From: Marinomonas sp.
GTDB lineage: Bacteria > Pseudomonadota > Gammaproteobacteria > Pseudomonadales > Marinomonadaceae
Strand: one strand, 5' to 3'
Assembly (NCBI GenBank): GCA_039940335.1
Contig: JBDVGW010000008.1
DNA length: 64,000 nucleotides
A model generated the notes under the pieces. It was given only the letters and a program-made list of their open reading frames with translations. It searched no databases and had not been told where the DNA came from. Shown here in pieces: positions 47,139-59,382 of this stretch. The stretch's first letter is position 1. The number at the start of each line of letters is the position of its first letter. The position numbers and the translations under genes are program-made.

Positions 47139-48038
47139 ATGGCAAACTCTTCCTGGTTAACAGAGTTCCCCGACATGAGTCGCCGGGAACTTTTAAGCGT
47201 TAAACAAACTCTAGATGGCGCATATCGTGACTTTTCCCGTGAATACGGTGACACGATTGAATCCCTTTTCGATCCGCTTTTAAGCTTTTTAGTTTGGTTC
47301 GAAAATTTATTAATTAGCACACCTTGGTGGCTGGTTCTTGCTGCAATACTAGGGCTTGTGTACTACGCTTCTCGATCAATCAAATTATGCGCAGGTGTAT
47401 TCGCCTCTATGTTGGCGATTGGTTATTTTGGGATGTGGGAAGACACCATGCGCACATTGAGTATTATTACGGTATGTACTCTTATGTCCATCATTATAGG
47501 GATACCTATCGGTATTTGGATGGCACGGTCTGATAGAGCACGAGCCATCATCACGCCACTCCTAGATGTCATGCAAACTATGCCGGCATTTGTTTATTTG
47601 ATTCCAGTCGTAATGCTTTTAGGGATCGGTAAGATACCGGGAGTTATTGCTGTAATTATTTATGCTATTCCACCTGTTATTCGCTTAACCAACCTAGGTA
47701 TCCGCCTCGTTAATAAGGAAACCTTAGAAGCCGCAACTGCCTATGGTGCAACACCAAGTCAGCGCTTATTCGGCGTTCAGTTACCTTTAGCTATGCCGAC
47801 CATAATGGCAGGAATTAACCAAACAATCATGATGGCATTAGCTATGGTGGTCGTCGCTTCCATGATTGGTGTTAAAGGACTCGGACAACCGGTACTTAAA
47901 TCCATTACTAACCAATACTTCACTCTTGGTTTACTGAATGGTTTGGCAATTGTTGCACTGGCTATCATTTTTGACCGCGTTTCACAGACCTATGCAAAAC
48001 GTACACAGAAACATTTAGAAGGGTCTGGACATGAATAA
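47139..48038 (+). CDS. proW: Compatible-solute ABC permease
   Basis: 'LDVMQTMPAFVYLIP', 'RLTNLGIR', 'AGINQTIMMAL'. Confidence 0.9.
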   Translation: MANSSWLTEFPDMSRRELLSVKQTLDGAYRDFSREYGDTIESLFDPLLSFLVWFENLLISTPWWLVLAAILGLVYYASRSIKLCAGVFASMLAIGYFGMWEDTMRTLSIITVCTLMSIIIGIPIGIWMARSDRARAIITPLLDVMQTMPAFVYLIPVVMLLGIGKIPGVIAVIIYAIPPVIRLTNLGIRLVNKETLEAATAYGATPSQRLFGVQLPLAMPTIMAGINQTIMMALAMVVVASMIGVKGLGQPVLKSITNQYFTLGLLNGLAIVALAIIFDRVSQTYAKRTQKHLEGSGHE

Positions 48039-49206
48039 TACAGACAGAGACACGCTTATTGAGATTAATGGTCTTTACCAAATTTTTGGTGAAACCCCTG
48101 AAAAAGTATTACCAAAGGTAAAAGCTGGCGAATCAAAAGACGATATACTGGCTCAAACTGGTCATACCGTAGGTTTACAAGACATTAATCTGGAAGTGAA
48201 ACGTGGTGAGATTTTCGTCATCATGGGGCTTTCTGGATCCGGTAAATCTACCTTAATTCGCCACTTCAATCGCCTTATTGATCCAACTGCCGGAGAAATT
48301 AAGGTAGATGGCGAAAATATCATGGAGCTTTCCCTTAAGGATTTGACTACCTTCCGTCGTCACAAAATGGCCATGGTATTCCAACACTTTGGTCTAATGC
48401 CGCACCGTTGCGTGCTGGATAACGTTGGTTATGGTTTAGCTATAAAAGGCGAGAAAAAAGCCGAATGGAAGCCTAAAGCTACCTCTTGGCTCGAAACGGT
48501 TGGCTTAGCAGGCTATGAAGACCAGTACCCATCGCAACTGTCTGGTGGACAACAACAACGTGTCGGCCTTGCCCGCGCCTTGTGTACGGATGCCGAAATC
48601 CTATTGATGGACGAAGCCTTTTCTGCGCTTGACCCGCTCATTCGTAACGAGATGCAAGAGCAGCTAATCGAGCTACAAGAAACGCTGCAAAAGACCATCA
48701 TCTTTATTACCCACGATTTGGATGAAGCTTTGCGCATTGGCGATCGTATTGCGGTATTAAAAGACGGTAAATTGATCCAAGTTGGTACACCGGTAGATAT
48801 CGTATTGAAACCAACAGACGACTATGTAAAAGCCTTTGCAAAAGGGGTTAACCGAGCTCGTGCATTGACGGCCCATACGATTATGACCCCATGCCAGAAC
48901 GTGGTAGAAGGTAGCACAGTCGGTCAAATTAAAGCGCAAATCACAGATAGCAATAAGCAATTGTTCGTGGTTGAAAAGGGTGTGTACAAGGGCGTTATTC
49001 CGGCTCAAGCCATGGCGGAAGCGGCAGACGATGTCAGCCTAGAAAGCCTATTTACACCACTTAAAACTTTCCACTCAGCCAGCCCGTTACAAGACATTGT
49101 ACCGGTGGCATTAGTGACACCTTATTCTTTGCCTATCACGAATAAGAAAGGTGAGCTAAAAGGTCAGATTGAAGCCCATAAATTAGCCAAGGTATTGGAT
49201 AACTAA
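48031..49206 (+). CDS. proV: Compatible-solute ABC ATPase
   Basis: GLSGSGKST, LSGGQQQR, 'LMDEAFSALDPLIR', C-terminal CBS-like region. Confidence 0.92.
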   Translation: MNNTDRDTLIEINGLYQIFGETPEKVLPKVKAGESKDDILAQTGHTVGLQDINLEVKRGEIFVIMGLSGSGKSTLIRHFNRLIDPTAGEIKVDGENIMELSLKDLTTFRRHKMAMVFQHFGLMPHRCVLDNVGYGLAIKGEKKAEWKPKATSWLETVGLAGYEDQYPSQLSGGQQQRVGLARALCTDAEILLMDEAFSALDPLIRNEMQEQLIELQETLQKTIIFITHDLDEALRIGDRIAVLKDGKLIQVGTPVDIVLKPTDDYVKAFAKGVNRARALTAHTIMTPCQNVVEGSTVGQIKAQITDSNKQLFVVEKGVYKGVIPAQAMAEAADDVSLESLFTPLKTFHSASPLQDIVPVALVTPYSLPITNKKGELKGQIEAHKLAKVLDN

Positions 49207-49216
49207 TTTCGGGGCC

Positions 49217-49258
49217 AAAAAAAAGCGGTTGTATGAGACATCATACAGCCGCTTTTTT
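49217..49258. terminator. Bidirectional terminator proV/dapB
   Basis: A8-gcggttgtatga-gaca-tcatacagccgc-T6. Confidence 0.82.
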
Positions 49259-49294
49259 ATGTCTACTTCTCAGCCGGGAAAAGCGAAAGAAAAT

Positions 49295-50101
<807 letters not shown>

Positions 50102-50228
50102 TTATCCTCAATAAAAATCTGTGCAAACCATAGCAAAAAACCTAATTTTTCTCAGCATTTAAACCGCTAGCCGATAAAAAAATAGGAGCAAAAGCTCCTA
50201 TTTTTTGGTTCTTAGAATGGTTTATTCA

Positions 50229-51233
50229 TTAGAATATTTCATTTGGCGCCAGATCAAAGTTCAATCCCTCTAAACCTTGTTGACCAAATTCTAGTAAGTC
50301 ATCATTGTTTTGGCTACTCACCCCAGGTTGTACAATCGGGCGAGACAGATCATTTTGCTTGATCACAATGTCCACTCGACGGTTGGTCGCGCGATTTTGA
50401 CTGCTATCATTGGGCACTAGAGGTCGTGTATCTGCATAACCTGTTACCGCAAATCGCCCTTGATCGAGTTGACCTGTGGAAAATAACTCTTCGGCTACCG
50501 CAATCGCTCGTGCTGAAGACAGCTGCCAGTTAGAACGGAATCGCGCACTGTCAATCGGCACATTATCGGTATGACCTTCAACCGAGATCGTCCCCTGTAT
50601 GCCTATCAAGACCTCACGTACCATGTCGATGATCGGAATAAAGTCATAGTTCAACTCTGCCGAACCAGACTCAAAAGACCCCTTATCTTTTAGACGTATG
50701 GTGATAGTTTGTTCCTGAGTTTCAATCTCCACGGTCCCTTTAGAAATCTCTTCACGCATCACAGAAGAAATTTGTCGTGCATCTTCTTCGGTCTGTTGGA
50801 TTTTTTGCTCACGAGCAAGATCTGCAGAAGACTTATCCACATAACTATCTGGAGACTGGGACCCAGAGCCTTCTTTTTCATTCAGCTCCGCCGAATCAGG
50901 TTTACACAACACCTCCAAGGTATTCTCTGGGGCATCATCGGTTTTCTGACGAACTTCATTTATGGGTGTTGGTTCTGGCTTACCAGGACTAAACTCTTGA
51001 GCAATAATCGACGTCCCCATGGGGATGGATTCTGCTTCGATTTGTTTTTGAACACCAAAAGCGGCTCGCATGGATCCAGCCAGTTGTTTAAACTTCAGCA
51101 CATCCATTTCTGCAAACGACAACAGCAGTACAAAGAAACACATTAGCAACGACATCAAGTCGGCAAATGTCCCCATATAGGCGGGTAAGCCCTCTATACA
51201 TTCGGGGCAATCTGATTCTTCTTCATCACTCAT
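50229..51233 (-). CDS. pomB: Flagellar stator protein PomB/MotB
   Basis: 'MGTFADLMSLLMCFFVLL' with the conserved Asp; OmpA-like 'EGHTD', 'NWQLSSARA', 'NRRVDI'. Confidence 0.92.
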   Translation of the reverse strand: MSDEEESDCPECIEGLPAYMGTFADLMSLLMCFFVLLLSFAEMDVLKFKQLAGSMRAAFGVQKQIEAESIPMGTSIIAQEFSPGKPEPTPINEVRQKTDDAPENTLEVLCKPDSAELNEKEGSGSQSPDSYVDKSSADLAREQKIQQTEEDARQISSVMREEISKGTVEIETQEQTITIRLKDKGSFESGSAELNYDFIPIIDMVREVLIGIQGTISVEGHTDNVPIDSARFRSNWQLSSARAIAVAEELFSTGQLDQGRFAVTGYADTRPLVPNDSSQNRATNRRVDIVIKQNDLSRPIVQPGVSSQNNDDLLEFGQQGLEGLNFDLAPNEIF

Positions 51234-51259
51234 TTGATTATCCGGCTACTTGTTCAATA

Positions 51260-52015
51260 TTATTCGCGTTCAATACGTTTCTTCTCGGCGATGTAAGTTT
51301 TCAGCACACCATCCAATACACGTGGGTTTTGACCTGCTTGTATAGCTAATAAAGCATCGAGAATAAGTTGCTGACACATAAGTTCTTCTGTTGCACGGTT
51401 TTTAAGCTTAGCTTCTAGAGGAAGGGCTACCATGTTGGCCAATACGGCACCGTATAAAGTGGTTAACAAGGCTACCGCCATCGCAGGTCCGATGGACTTT
51501 GGATCATCCATGTTAGCCAACATCTGTACCAGACCAATTAGTGTACCAATCATCCCCATGGCAGGACCCGTATCACCGAGGGCTTTAAATATTTTTGCCC
51601 CATCTTCGTGTCGGGTAAAAGCCATTTTCATGTCTTTCGACATTTGTGCTCTGACCACATTGCCGTCTTGACCATCGACCAGCATCTGAATACCTTTCGA
51701 CAAAAAAGGGTGACTCACCTCTTTACCTTCAAGTGAAAGCAGCCCACCCTTTCGAGCTTCGTCAGCTAACCCATAGATTTCATCGATCAAGGTATCCATA
51801 GGAACACTTTTAAACATAAAAGCTTTCCCGACTATTTTACCTGCACCTAGAAATTGTTTGAGCGGGTATTGCACCAAAACAACAAAGGTTGAACCAATCA
51901 ATACAATCAATACTGAGGCAGGATCCAAGAACATCCCTGCAGAGCCACCTAAAAGGATGGCCATTAAGACAATCACAAAAGAGCCAATTAGCCCAACCAG
52001 CGTTGCGATATCCAC
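51260..52015 (-). CDS. pomA: Flagellar stator protein PomA/MotA (short, Na+-type)
   Basis: 'MDIATLVGL', 'ARKGGLLSLE', 'PAMGMIGTLIGLVQML', 'GPAMAVALLTTLYG'. Confidence 0.93.
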   Translation of the reverse strand: MDIATLVGLIGSFVIVLMAILLGGSAGMFLDPASVLIVLIGSTFVVLVQYPLKQFLGAGKIVGKAFMFKSVPMDTLIDEIYGLADEARKGGLLSLEGKEVSHPFLSKGIQMLVDGQDGNVVRAQMSKDMKMAFTRHEDGAKIFKALGDTGPAMGMIGTLIGLVQMLANMDDPKSIGPAMAVALLTTLYGAVLANMVALPLEAKLKNRATEELMCQQLILDALLAIQAGQNPRVLDGVLKTYIAEKKRIERE

Positions 52016-52187
52016 ACACGTCTCCTACCAAAAAAGCTATAATACGACAGAGTTTAACCAATATTATACGAAACTAAGCATAAGGCTAAGAACTTACTCC
52101 GAATTTTTTGTAACTTTCCCATGACTACACTCGAACAAGAAAGTAATTTCTGATACAAAACATGAGTAAATAAATTGAGAGAACAAC

Positions 52188-52430
52188 ATGTCCCGAAAAA
52201 CCAGTGTTCGTCACTTTGAAGATAACCTCAATGAGCTCGACAGCATAGTCGTCCAATTAGAGTCTAATCAACTGTCCCTAGAAGAAGCTCTGAAAGCTTT
52301 CGAAAAAGGCGTAAAGCTCAGCCAAGACTGCCAAACAGTGCTCACTCAAGCCGAGCAAAAAGTTCAAATTCTGTTAGAAAAGCAAGATGGTGAGCACTTA
52401 GAACCTTTTGATGCGGAAGCCAAACTGTGA
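52188..52430 (+). CDS. xseB: Exodeoxyribonuclease VII small subunit
   Basis: 'FEDNLNELDSIV..LE…LSLEEAL..FEKGV.L…L..AEQKV'. Confidence 0.95.
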   Translation: MSRKTSVRHFEDNLNELDSIVVQLESNQLSLEEALKAFEKGVKLSQDCQTVLTQAEQKVQILLEKQDGEHLEPFDAEAKL

Positions 52431-53311
52431 CTCTAGACGACTTTTCTGTGTACGCTCGACAACGTGTTGACCAATATTTACAGCTAAAAATGAGCGGTTA
52501 TACCCCGGCTGAAGATTTACAAGAAGCCATGGTTTACAGCTTATTCAACGGTGGCAAGCGAGTGCGTCCTATGCTCACTTACGCCAGTGCATCACTTTTC
52601 GGTTCCGCCAACGAATTGACTGATGCTTGCGCTGCCGCGATCGAATCGATCCACGCTTACTCCCTTATTCATGATGACTTACCTGCCATGGATGATGATG
52701 ATTTACGCCGTGGTAAACCGACTTGCCATATTCAATTTAACGAGGCGACCGCTATTTTAGCGGGGGATGCACTACAAACCTTTGCTTTTGAGCTGCTCAG
52801 TCAAACAGAGCATCAGCAGAGCACTACACAGCTTCGCCTTATTCAAGAGCTTTGCTTGGCATCAGGTCGTCACGGCATGGTCACAGGACAAATGATCGAC
52901 TTAGCCAATGTGGGTATCGAGGTGAGCTTAGCCACCCTAGAAAAAATGCATCAGCACAAAACCGGCGCCCTGATTCGTGCCAGTGTTCGTATGGGCGCGA
53001 TCAGCAGTGGCACGGAGCTCAAAGAAGATCAATTACAAGCACTGGATACCTATGCTAACGCCATAGGTTTGGCCTTTCAGGTACAAGACGACATCATCGA
53101 TATTACCAGTGACACCCAAACCTTAGGTAAAACCCAGTTTTCCGATGCCGATGCCAACAAGCCAACCTACCCTAAACTGTTAGGTTTGGAGGGTGCTCAG
53201 GAGCTTGCGAAAGCGCTTCATAAACAAGCCGTTACAGCCATTTCACCGTTTGGTGATGCGGCTCAGCCATTAGTCGAACTTGCTAACTATATTATTGGGC
53301 GCAACCACTGA
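52427..53311 (+). CDS. ispA: Farnesyl diphosphate synthase
   Basis: 'GGKRVRP', 'DDLPAMDDDDLRRGKPT', 'FQVQDD'. Confidence 0.96.
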   Translation: MTLDDFSVYARQRVDQYLQLKMSGYTPAEDLQEAMVYSLFNGGKRVRPMLTYASASLFGSANELTDACAAAIESIHAYSLIHDDLPAMDDDDLRRGKPTCHIQFNEATAILAGDALQTFAFELLSQTEHQQSTTQLRLIQELCLASGRHGMVTGQMIDLANVGIEVSLATLEKMHQHKTGALIRASVRMGAISSGTELKEDQLQALDTYANAIGLAFQVQDDIIDITSDTQTLGKTQFSDADANKPTYPKLLGLEGAQELAKALHKQAVTAISPFGDAAQPLVELANYIIGRNH

Positions 53312-53359
53312 TATACTTACTGGCTTTTAGACTTAATCTTTGTGACCAAACTGGTGCCC

Positions 53360-55243
53360 ATGTTCGAAACGATACCTACTACGCGTCCTAATACGCCTTT
53401 ACTTGATCAGGTCAATTCACCGGCCGATCTGCGACGCTTTAAAAAAGAGCAGCTACCCGCGCTGGTCCGTGAACTACGAGAGTTTATGCTCTATAGCGTA
53501 GGACAAACTGGTGGCCATTTTGGCGCAGGGCTTGGCGTTATTGAACTCACTGTTGCACTGCATTATTTGTACAACACGCCTGAAGATCGTTTGGTATGGG
53601 ATGTTGGCCACCAAGCTTATCCACACAAAATCCTTACTGGCCGACGCGACGCCCTGTTAAGCATTCGACAAGAAGATGGTATTTCCGGTTTTCCAAAACG
53701 TGAAGAGAGCGAATACGACACCTTCGGTGTGGGCCATTCAAGCACATCTATTGGCGCAGCACTTGGAATGTCCTTAGCGGCCCGCCAGCTCAATACGGGC
53801 CGTAAAGCTGTGGCCATTATTGGTGATGGTGCGATGTCTGCTGGTATGGCTTTCGAGGCTCTCAATCATGCAGGTGATGTGGACGCCGATATGCTGGTCA
53901 TTCTAAATGACAATGAAATGTCCATTTCTAAGCCGGTAGGCGCATTGTCCAGTTATTTTGCTCGCATATGGGCCAGTAAAACCTACGACAATATTCGAGA
54001 AGGTGGCCGCAAAGTGTTCTCTGGGCTACCTTCCGCCCTAGAGTTGGCTCGTAAAGCCGAAGAACACATGAAAGGCATGGTGTCCCCAGGTATGATGTTT
54101 GAAGAGCTAGGGTTTAACTATATTGGCCCTATTGATGGCCATGACATGGACCACCTACTTACTACCATTGCCAATTTAAAAGATCGCTCTGGCCCGCAGT
54201 TCCTGCACGTTATAACAAAGAAAGGGAAAGGCTTCGAACCCGCTGAAGGCGACCCTATTGGCTACCACGCCATAAACAAAGTGGAACCTGACCCTAAACC
54301 GAAAAACAACAAAGCTTCCGGTCCTAAATATTGCAATATTTTCGGCCAGTGGGTGTGTGATGCCGCCGAGCAAGATGACAAGCTTGTTGCCATTACCCCT
54401 GCCATGAAAGAAGGTTCAGACTTAATCGCTTTTGCCGAGCGCTTCCCGAAACGCTACTTTGATGTGGCCATCGCGGAGCAACATGCCGTGACCTTAGCCG
54501 CAGGCATGGCCTGTGATGGGCTTAAACCGGTCGTCGCCATTTACTCGACCTTTCTACAGCGCGCATATGACCAACTGATTCATGATGTTGCTTTGCAAAA
54601 CCTAGACGTATTATTCGCCATCGACCGTGCTGGTCTAGTGGGTGAAGATGGTCCTACTCATGCTGGTGTCTACGATTTAAGCTACCTACGTTGCATTCCA
54701 AATATGGTGGTTATGGCCCCTTCAGATGAAGATGAGTGTCGTAAAATGCTACACACAGGCTATCTCTATGAAGGCCCAGCGGCGGTACGTTACCCTCGCG
54801 GTACCGGACGTGGCATCTGTATTAACGAGGCATTAGAACCTTTAATCATAGGTGAGTCCCGCATGCTTCGTGAGGGTCAATCTGGCATTACCATTTGTGG
54901 ATTTGGACGACCAACTTACGACGCACTACAAGCGGCAGAGAAATATGACGCGACATTGCTCGACATGCGCTTTGTTAAACCACTGGATGAAGTGGCGCTA
55001 AAACAGCAAGCAAATGCCAAATTAATCGTCACTATTGAAGAGAATGCCATTATGGGTGGTGCAGGTTCAGCCGTAAGTGAATACTTACTCGCTAATAACA
55101 TTCATGTCCCCGTACTGCATCTCGGGCTTCCCGATCAGTACGAAGAGCATGCCAGCCATAGCACGATGCTAAAGAGAGTCGGCTTGGATGCAGCAGGTAT
55201 TGAAACTGCCATTGCAGATAAACTGCAAACACTGACAGATTAA
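53360..55243 (+). CDS. dxs: 1-deoxy-D-xylulose-5-phosphate synthase
   Basis: 'GGHFGAGLG', 'WDVGHQAY', 'GDGAMSAG…LNDN', 'IAEQHAVT', '[13 protein letters not shown]'; start 53360 or GTG 53342. Confidence 0.97.
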   Translation: MFETIPTTRPNTPLLDQVNSPADLRRFKKEQLPALVRELREFMLYSVGQTGGHFGAGLGVIELTVALHYLYNTPEDRLVWDVGHQAYPHKILTGRRDALLSIRQEDGISGFPKREESEYDTFGVGHSSTSIGAALGMSLAARQLNTGRKAVAIIGDGAMSAGMAFEALNHAGDVDADMLVILNDNEMSISKPVGALSSYFARIWASKTYDNIREGGRKVFSGLPSALELARKAEEHMKGMVSPGMMFEELGFNYIGPIDGHDMDHLLTTIANLKDRSGPQFLHVITKKGKGFEPAEGDPIGYHAINKVEPDPKPKNNKASGPKYCNIFGQWVCDAAEQDDKLVAITPAMKEGSDLIAFAERFPKRYFDVAIAEQHAVTLAAGMACDGLKPVVAIYSTFLQRAYDQLIHDVALQNLDVLFAIDRAGLVGEDGPTHAGVYDLSYLRCIPNMVVMAPSDEDECRKMLHTGYLYEGPAAVRYPRGTGRGICINEALEPLIIGESRMLREGQSGITICGFGRPTYDALQAAEKYDATLLDMRFVKPLDEVALKQQANAKLIVTIEENAIMGGAGSAVSEYLLANNIHVPVLHLGLPDQYEEHASHSTMLKRVGLDAAGIETAIADKLQTLTD

Positions 55244-55302
55244 GTTTCGCGTTTTAAAGAGCCTCCGCAGAGTGGCTATTTATAATGAATAGAAGTGGTT
55301 AA

Positions 55303-55992
55303 TTGTTCGAGGAAAAACTATTGGTTCAGAAAAGAGCTGTTTTACGTCAGAGTTTGCCAGATGCCATTACGGCAGACTTGCGTGATCGAATTTTGTCTGG
55401 TGATTTGGCTGAAGGTGAGCTAATACGCCAAGAACTGCTAGCAGCGGAATATGACGTTTCGCGTATGCCAATTCGTGAAGCATTGAAACGCCTAGACTCT
55501 GAAGGCTTAGTGGTCTTTATCGCCAACCGTGGCGCTATGGTGACCAAGCACTCTCTTGATGAAATTGCCGAAATTTTCGATGTTCGAATTCTTCTCGAAG
55601 TAGATTTGTTAAAACAATCTATTCCTTTAATGGAAGAGCAGCATTTTAGTCAATGCGAAGCCTTGCTCCTTGAGATGGAGACCTCTTATGCTGCGGGAAA
55701 AGTAGCGGATTGGGGGCCTTTAAACTCTAGATACCATGCCTTACTCTATGAAGCTGCCAATAGAAAGTTAACCATGCAGTTACTTGAGAGAGTCAGCGCA
55801 CAGTCTCACCGTTATGTGGCTATGCACATAAATAAGCTCAAGCAATCAGATAATGCTGAACACGATCATAGAGCATTATTAGCGTTTGCTCGGAAAAGAG
55901 ATATAGAAGGTGCCGCCAATTTATTGCACGCCCACCTTCTTATTACCAAACAGCACATACTTGAATTGATCTCTCAAACACGGTCAGATTGA
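55303..55992 (+). CDS. GntR (FCD/FadR-type) regulator, probable HypR-like
   Basis: 'LRDRILSG…QELLAAEYDVSRMPIREAL', 'LNSRYH', 'EHDH..LL'. Confidence 0.88.
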   Translation: MFEEKLLVQKRAVLRQSLPDAITADLRDRILSGDLAEGELIRQELLAAEYDVSRMPIREALKRLDSEGLVVFIANRGAMVTKHSLDEIAEIFDVRILLEVDLLKQSIPLMEEQHFSQCEALLLEMETSYAAGKVADWGPLNSRYHALLYEAANRKLTMQLLERVSAQSHRYVAMHINKLKQSDNAEHDHRALLAFARKRDIEGAANLLHAHLLITKQHILELISQTRSD

Positions 55993-56065
55993 AGATTGTC
56001 CTAGACATCCCTTTGATGTACTTTGCTGCTTCGTAGAACCGATAAAGTCTCTTGACGAAACCATT

Positions 56066-57085
56066 TCAAGCTTTGCGAAGCGCCAAAATATCTTCGTATA
56101 ACGCCCGAGGAATACTTACTGCGTCTTGCTGAATATTTTGTTCTCGGGCGATATAGCGTCGCTGAGAGGGCAAACGTGCTCCTTGATCAACAATGTCAGC
56201 AAATAAACGCTCAGCCCTTTCATCATTACGCTCTGTATGGCCACCACTCAATAAGTCTGGGTTGAAAGCAATTAAAATTTCACCATGAAAAGGCGCTTCT
56301 GGTTTTCCTTGTGCAAACGCCATACTCTCTTTGCTGGTTAGATCATCAATGAGTGGCCCCGCCAATAGCTCAATCATTATGGACAAGGCAGAGCCTTTAT
56401 AACCACCAAACGTCAACATGGCGCCTTGCATAGCCGCTTCAGCATCCGTTGTAGGATGACCAGCAGCGTCGATAGCCACGCCCTCAGGAAGTGCTTTTCC
56501 TGCTCTGCGATAGAGCTCAATTTCTCCTCGGGCAAATTCACTGGTGGCGAAGTCAAAAGTAAAAGGGTGCTTGCCTTGTCTTGGCCAACTAAAAGCAAAA
56601 GGATTCGTCCCCAGCGTACCTCGCGAACCACCAGCAGGCGCCACCCAAGCATGGCTAGGCACCATAGCAATAGCTGCTAAACCTGCCTCAGAAAGTCGCT
56701 CAACTTCCGGCCAAAGGGCGGAAAAGTGGTAGCAGTTATTAATCGCCAAGGCGGCGATACCATTCTGTTTAGTTTTTTCAATCAACATGGGTAATGCGGC
56801 GTTAAAAGCCAGTAATGAGATACCACTGTTGGCATTGGCTTTTACGACTGATGGCGCGACGTCCACGACCTCAGGACTGGCTTGACCATCAACTCTCCCC
56901 GATTGAATACTTTGCACACACATTAAGAGACGATAAAGACCATGGGAATGACAGTCATCTTGCTGGCAGGCATAAATTACATCGGTAATCGCTTGGGCAT
57001 GATCTTGATTAAATCCATTACTCATTAATATACTTTCACTTAGCTCTCGCATACTCGCTAAGCTCAAGGTTACGTTGTCACTCAT
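56066..57085 (-). CDS. dpkA: Ldh_2-family reductase, DpkA/LhpD-like (pyrroline-2-carboxylate reductase)
   Basis: 'CHSHGLYRL', 'HFSALWPEVE', 'GTNPFAF', 'GGYKGS', 'RLPSQRR'. Confidence 0.78.
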   Translation of the reverse strand: MSDNVTLSLASMRELSESILMSNGFNQDHAQAITDVIYACQQDDCHSHGLYRLLMCVQSIQSGRVDGQASPEVVDVAPSVVKANANSGISLLAFNAALPMLIEKTKQNGIAALAINNCYHFSALWPEVERLSEAGLAAIAMVPSHAWVAPAGGSRGTLGTNPFAFSWPRQGKHPFTFDFATSEFARGEIELYRRAGKALPEGVAIDAAGHPTTDAEAAMQGAMLTFGGYKGSALSIMIELLAGPLIDDLTSKESMAFAQGKPEAPFHGEILIAFNPDLLSGGHTERNDERAERLFADIVDQGARLPSQRRYIAREQNIQQDAVSIPRALYEDILALRKA

Positions 57086-57155
57086 GTGCCCTCCATTATT
57101 TAAATTATGTTCCGTTTTAGCTATGTCATTACACTCGATAAAGTATTTAAGGCGA

Positions 57156-58409
57156 TTAAAAGCGCTTAGCGGAAAAAGGTATCAAATTAATCTCTGGTGT
57201 TGCTTGGCTAAGTAAACTACTTACCAGCTCTGCTGTGCCTGCCGACTGGGTCAAACCAAGGTGACCATGACCAAAGGCATAGATCACCCGTTTTGTTCGA
57301 CTGGCATAGCTTATCACTGGTAAGCTGTCAGGCATTGAAGGGCGAAAGCCCATCCATTGAACGCCGCCTTTGCTGGGCAACCCTGGTAAAAAACTAGCCG
57401 CTTTATTTAACAACAGTTCTGCACGTTTATAATTCGGAGCTAACGACAAACCACCCAACTCAACCGCACCTCCCACTCTTATATCGTCGCCTACTTTAGA
57501 CACCACAAAACCATGATTACTAAAGCTTAAGTGCGTTTTTAACTCAAACTTTTCAGTAGAAAGCGTGGTGTTATAACCACGCTCAGTATCAAGAGGTATG
57601 TCATCTCCTAGTGAATGAGCCAACGGCTTGGACCAAGCACCAGCCGCTAGCACAAGATTACTCGCGATTAGAGTTTCACCATCTTCACACAGGACAATCA
57701 CTTGTTCATTACTGGGCTCGATTGCTTTAATGGATGCGATACAAACCCTCCCGCCCAAACCTTCGAAAGCCCCAGCGAGGTGCTGCGTCCATTTTTCTGG
57801 ATGCACTACATTCATCCATTCAGGAGTAAATACGCCATGGCTAAAGCGCGGATGGATTCCGGGTTGAATCGCAGCGATTGCCTCATGGTTTTCTAGAAAT
57901 TGAAACACCACGCCATGTTCCTTTCGAATTTTCCAATCAGCAAGACTTGCCTTAAATTCCTCTAGGCCCTCATAAACTTGTAACTGTCCCTCTCGTCGAA
58001 TCAAGGCATCTCCTTTCACAGCGGCGATTTGTCGCTCTAACGCTGCCTTAGAAAAAGACATCAGTTCTGCCTGTGCCGCCAAAGCGGCTTGATATTTATC
58101 TTGCCAACTTGATCGCCAAAATTTCAACATCCAAGGCATTATTTGCCAAGCGTAAGCAGGCCGAATAGACAAAGGTCCTAAAGGGTCTAACAGCCATTTT
58201 GGCGCTTTGCGCATAATACCGGGTGTCGCTAGAGGAATAATATCGCTAAAGGCAAAAGCCCCTGCATTACCCGCCGATGTTTCAGAAGCGACCCCTTTTC
58301 GATCAACAACTAATACACGCTTACCTTGCGCTTGTAACTTTAATGCGATGCTGATACCGACAATACCTGCACCAACGACAATGACATCACAACCCGCTTT
58401 TTCTTTCAT
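57156..58409 (-). CDS. DadA-like FAD dehydrogenase, probable D-hydroxyproline dehydrogenase
   Basis: GAGIVG, 'TSAGNAG', 'WMGFRPSMPDSLPVI', 'FGHGHLGLT'; start ATG 58409 with AGGAG. Confidence 0.8.
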   Translation of the reverse strand: MKEKAGCDVIVVGAGIVGISIALKLQAQGKRVLVVDRKGVASETSAGNAGAFAFSDIIPLATPGIMRKAPKWLLDPLGPLSIRPAYAWQIMPWMLKFWRSSWQDKYQAALAAQAELMSFSKAALERQIAAVKGDALIRREGQLQVYEGLEEFKASLADWKIRKEHGVVFQFLENHEAIAAIQPGIHPRFSHGVFTPEWMNVVHPEKWTQHLAGAFEGLGGRVCIASIKAIEPSNEQVIVLCEDGETLIASNLVLAAGAWSKPLAHSLGDDIPLDTERGYNTTLSTEKFELKTHLSFSNHGFVVSKVGDDIRVGGAVELGGLSLAPNYKRAELLLNKAASFLPGLPSKGGVQWMGFRPSMPDSLPVISYASRTKRVIYAFGHGHLGLTQSAGTAELVSSLLSQATPEINLIPFSAKRF

Positions 58410-58431
58410 ACTCGCTCCTGTAGCCTCCCCC

Positions 58432-59382
58432 TTATGCAAGCACTATTCCTTTACGTAATGGATCACTTGGATTCGATATAAGTGTTGCTTCACGGGTAAT
58501 AAAAGCCTGTCCAGTAATCGATGGTATAATGGCACCAGATGGAGAAGCTGGGTTATTGGATCGCTCATAGCTCAAGGTATAGCCGCTACCAATAGTGCTT
58601 TCTTGATAAATTTTTTCTCCGCAGGCTAGTTTATTATCAGCCGCGAGACAGGCTAAGCGAGCTGAGCAACCTGTTCCACAAGGAGATCTATCGTAAGCAT
58701 CATCAGGGCAGAGTACGAAATTTCTTGAATGCCCATTGGACATTAAGGCGGGACCATAAAGTACAATATGATCAATCACGCCACTATTAGCCCCTTCGAT
58801 ACCTGCGGTGTACAAGGCTTCTCGGATAGCAATACTGGTTTGTGTTAGGCTGCGTATGTTGCTCGGGACAACTGGCGTAGGGCTATCATCCACCATAAAG
58901 AACCAATTCCCTCCATAAGCAATATCACCCGTTACCTTACCGATGCCCTTCACATCGACTGAAACCGCTTGCTGAAATCGATAGCTATCGACATTTTTTA
59001 CGGTAACGGTATTTTTATCCGTCAATGTGACTTCCACAACGCCGACAGGGGTTTCAATTTTATGGGTGCCAATCGAAATTCGCCCCATGTGAGCAAGCGT
59101 TGCTGCCACTCCGATTGTGCCATGACCACACATACCGATTACTGCAGCACCATCAAAGAAAATCACACCAGTAACACACTCAGCATCCGTTGCAGGCGTT
59201 AATAACGCTCCGACCATGGCTTCTTGGCCATAGGGTTCAAGGACAACAGATCGATAAAAATTTTTATGTTCTGCTTCAAGTAAGGCGGCCCGCTCACTAA
59301 GCGATCCAGTACCTAGGTCTGGGCTACCATCCAAAATAACGCGGGTTGGCTCTCCTTCCGTATGGCTGTCTATGATAAACAT
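58432..59382 (-). CDS. lhpA: Proline racemase family, 4-hydroxyproline 2-epimerase
   Basis: 'DSHTEGEPTR', two catalytic Cys in 'MCGHG' and 'DRSPCGTG'. Confidence 0.85.
   Translation of the reverse strand: MFIIDSHTEGEPTRVILDGSPDLGTGSLSERAALLEAEHKNFYRSVVLEPYGQEAMVGALLTPATDAECVTGVIFFDGAAVIGMCGHGTIGVAATLAHMGRISIGTHKIETPVGVVEVTLTDKNTVTVKNVDSYRFQQAVSVDVKGIGKVTGDIAYGGNWFFMVDDSPTPVVPSNIRSLTQTSIAIREALYTAGIEGANSGVIDHIVLYGPALMSNGHSRNFVLCPDDAYDRSPCGTGCSARLACLAADNKLACGEKIYQESTIGSGYTLSYERSNNPASPSGAIIPSITGQAFITREATLISNPSDPLRKGIVLA

Noticed and set aside
50170-50177. Sigma-28 -10 element GCCGATAA
   Set aside because: No matching TAAA -35, and it points antisense into pomB
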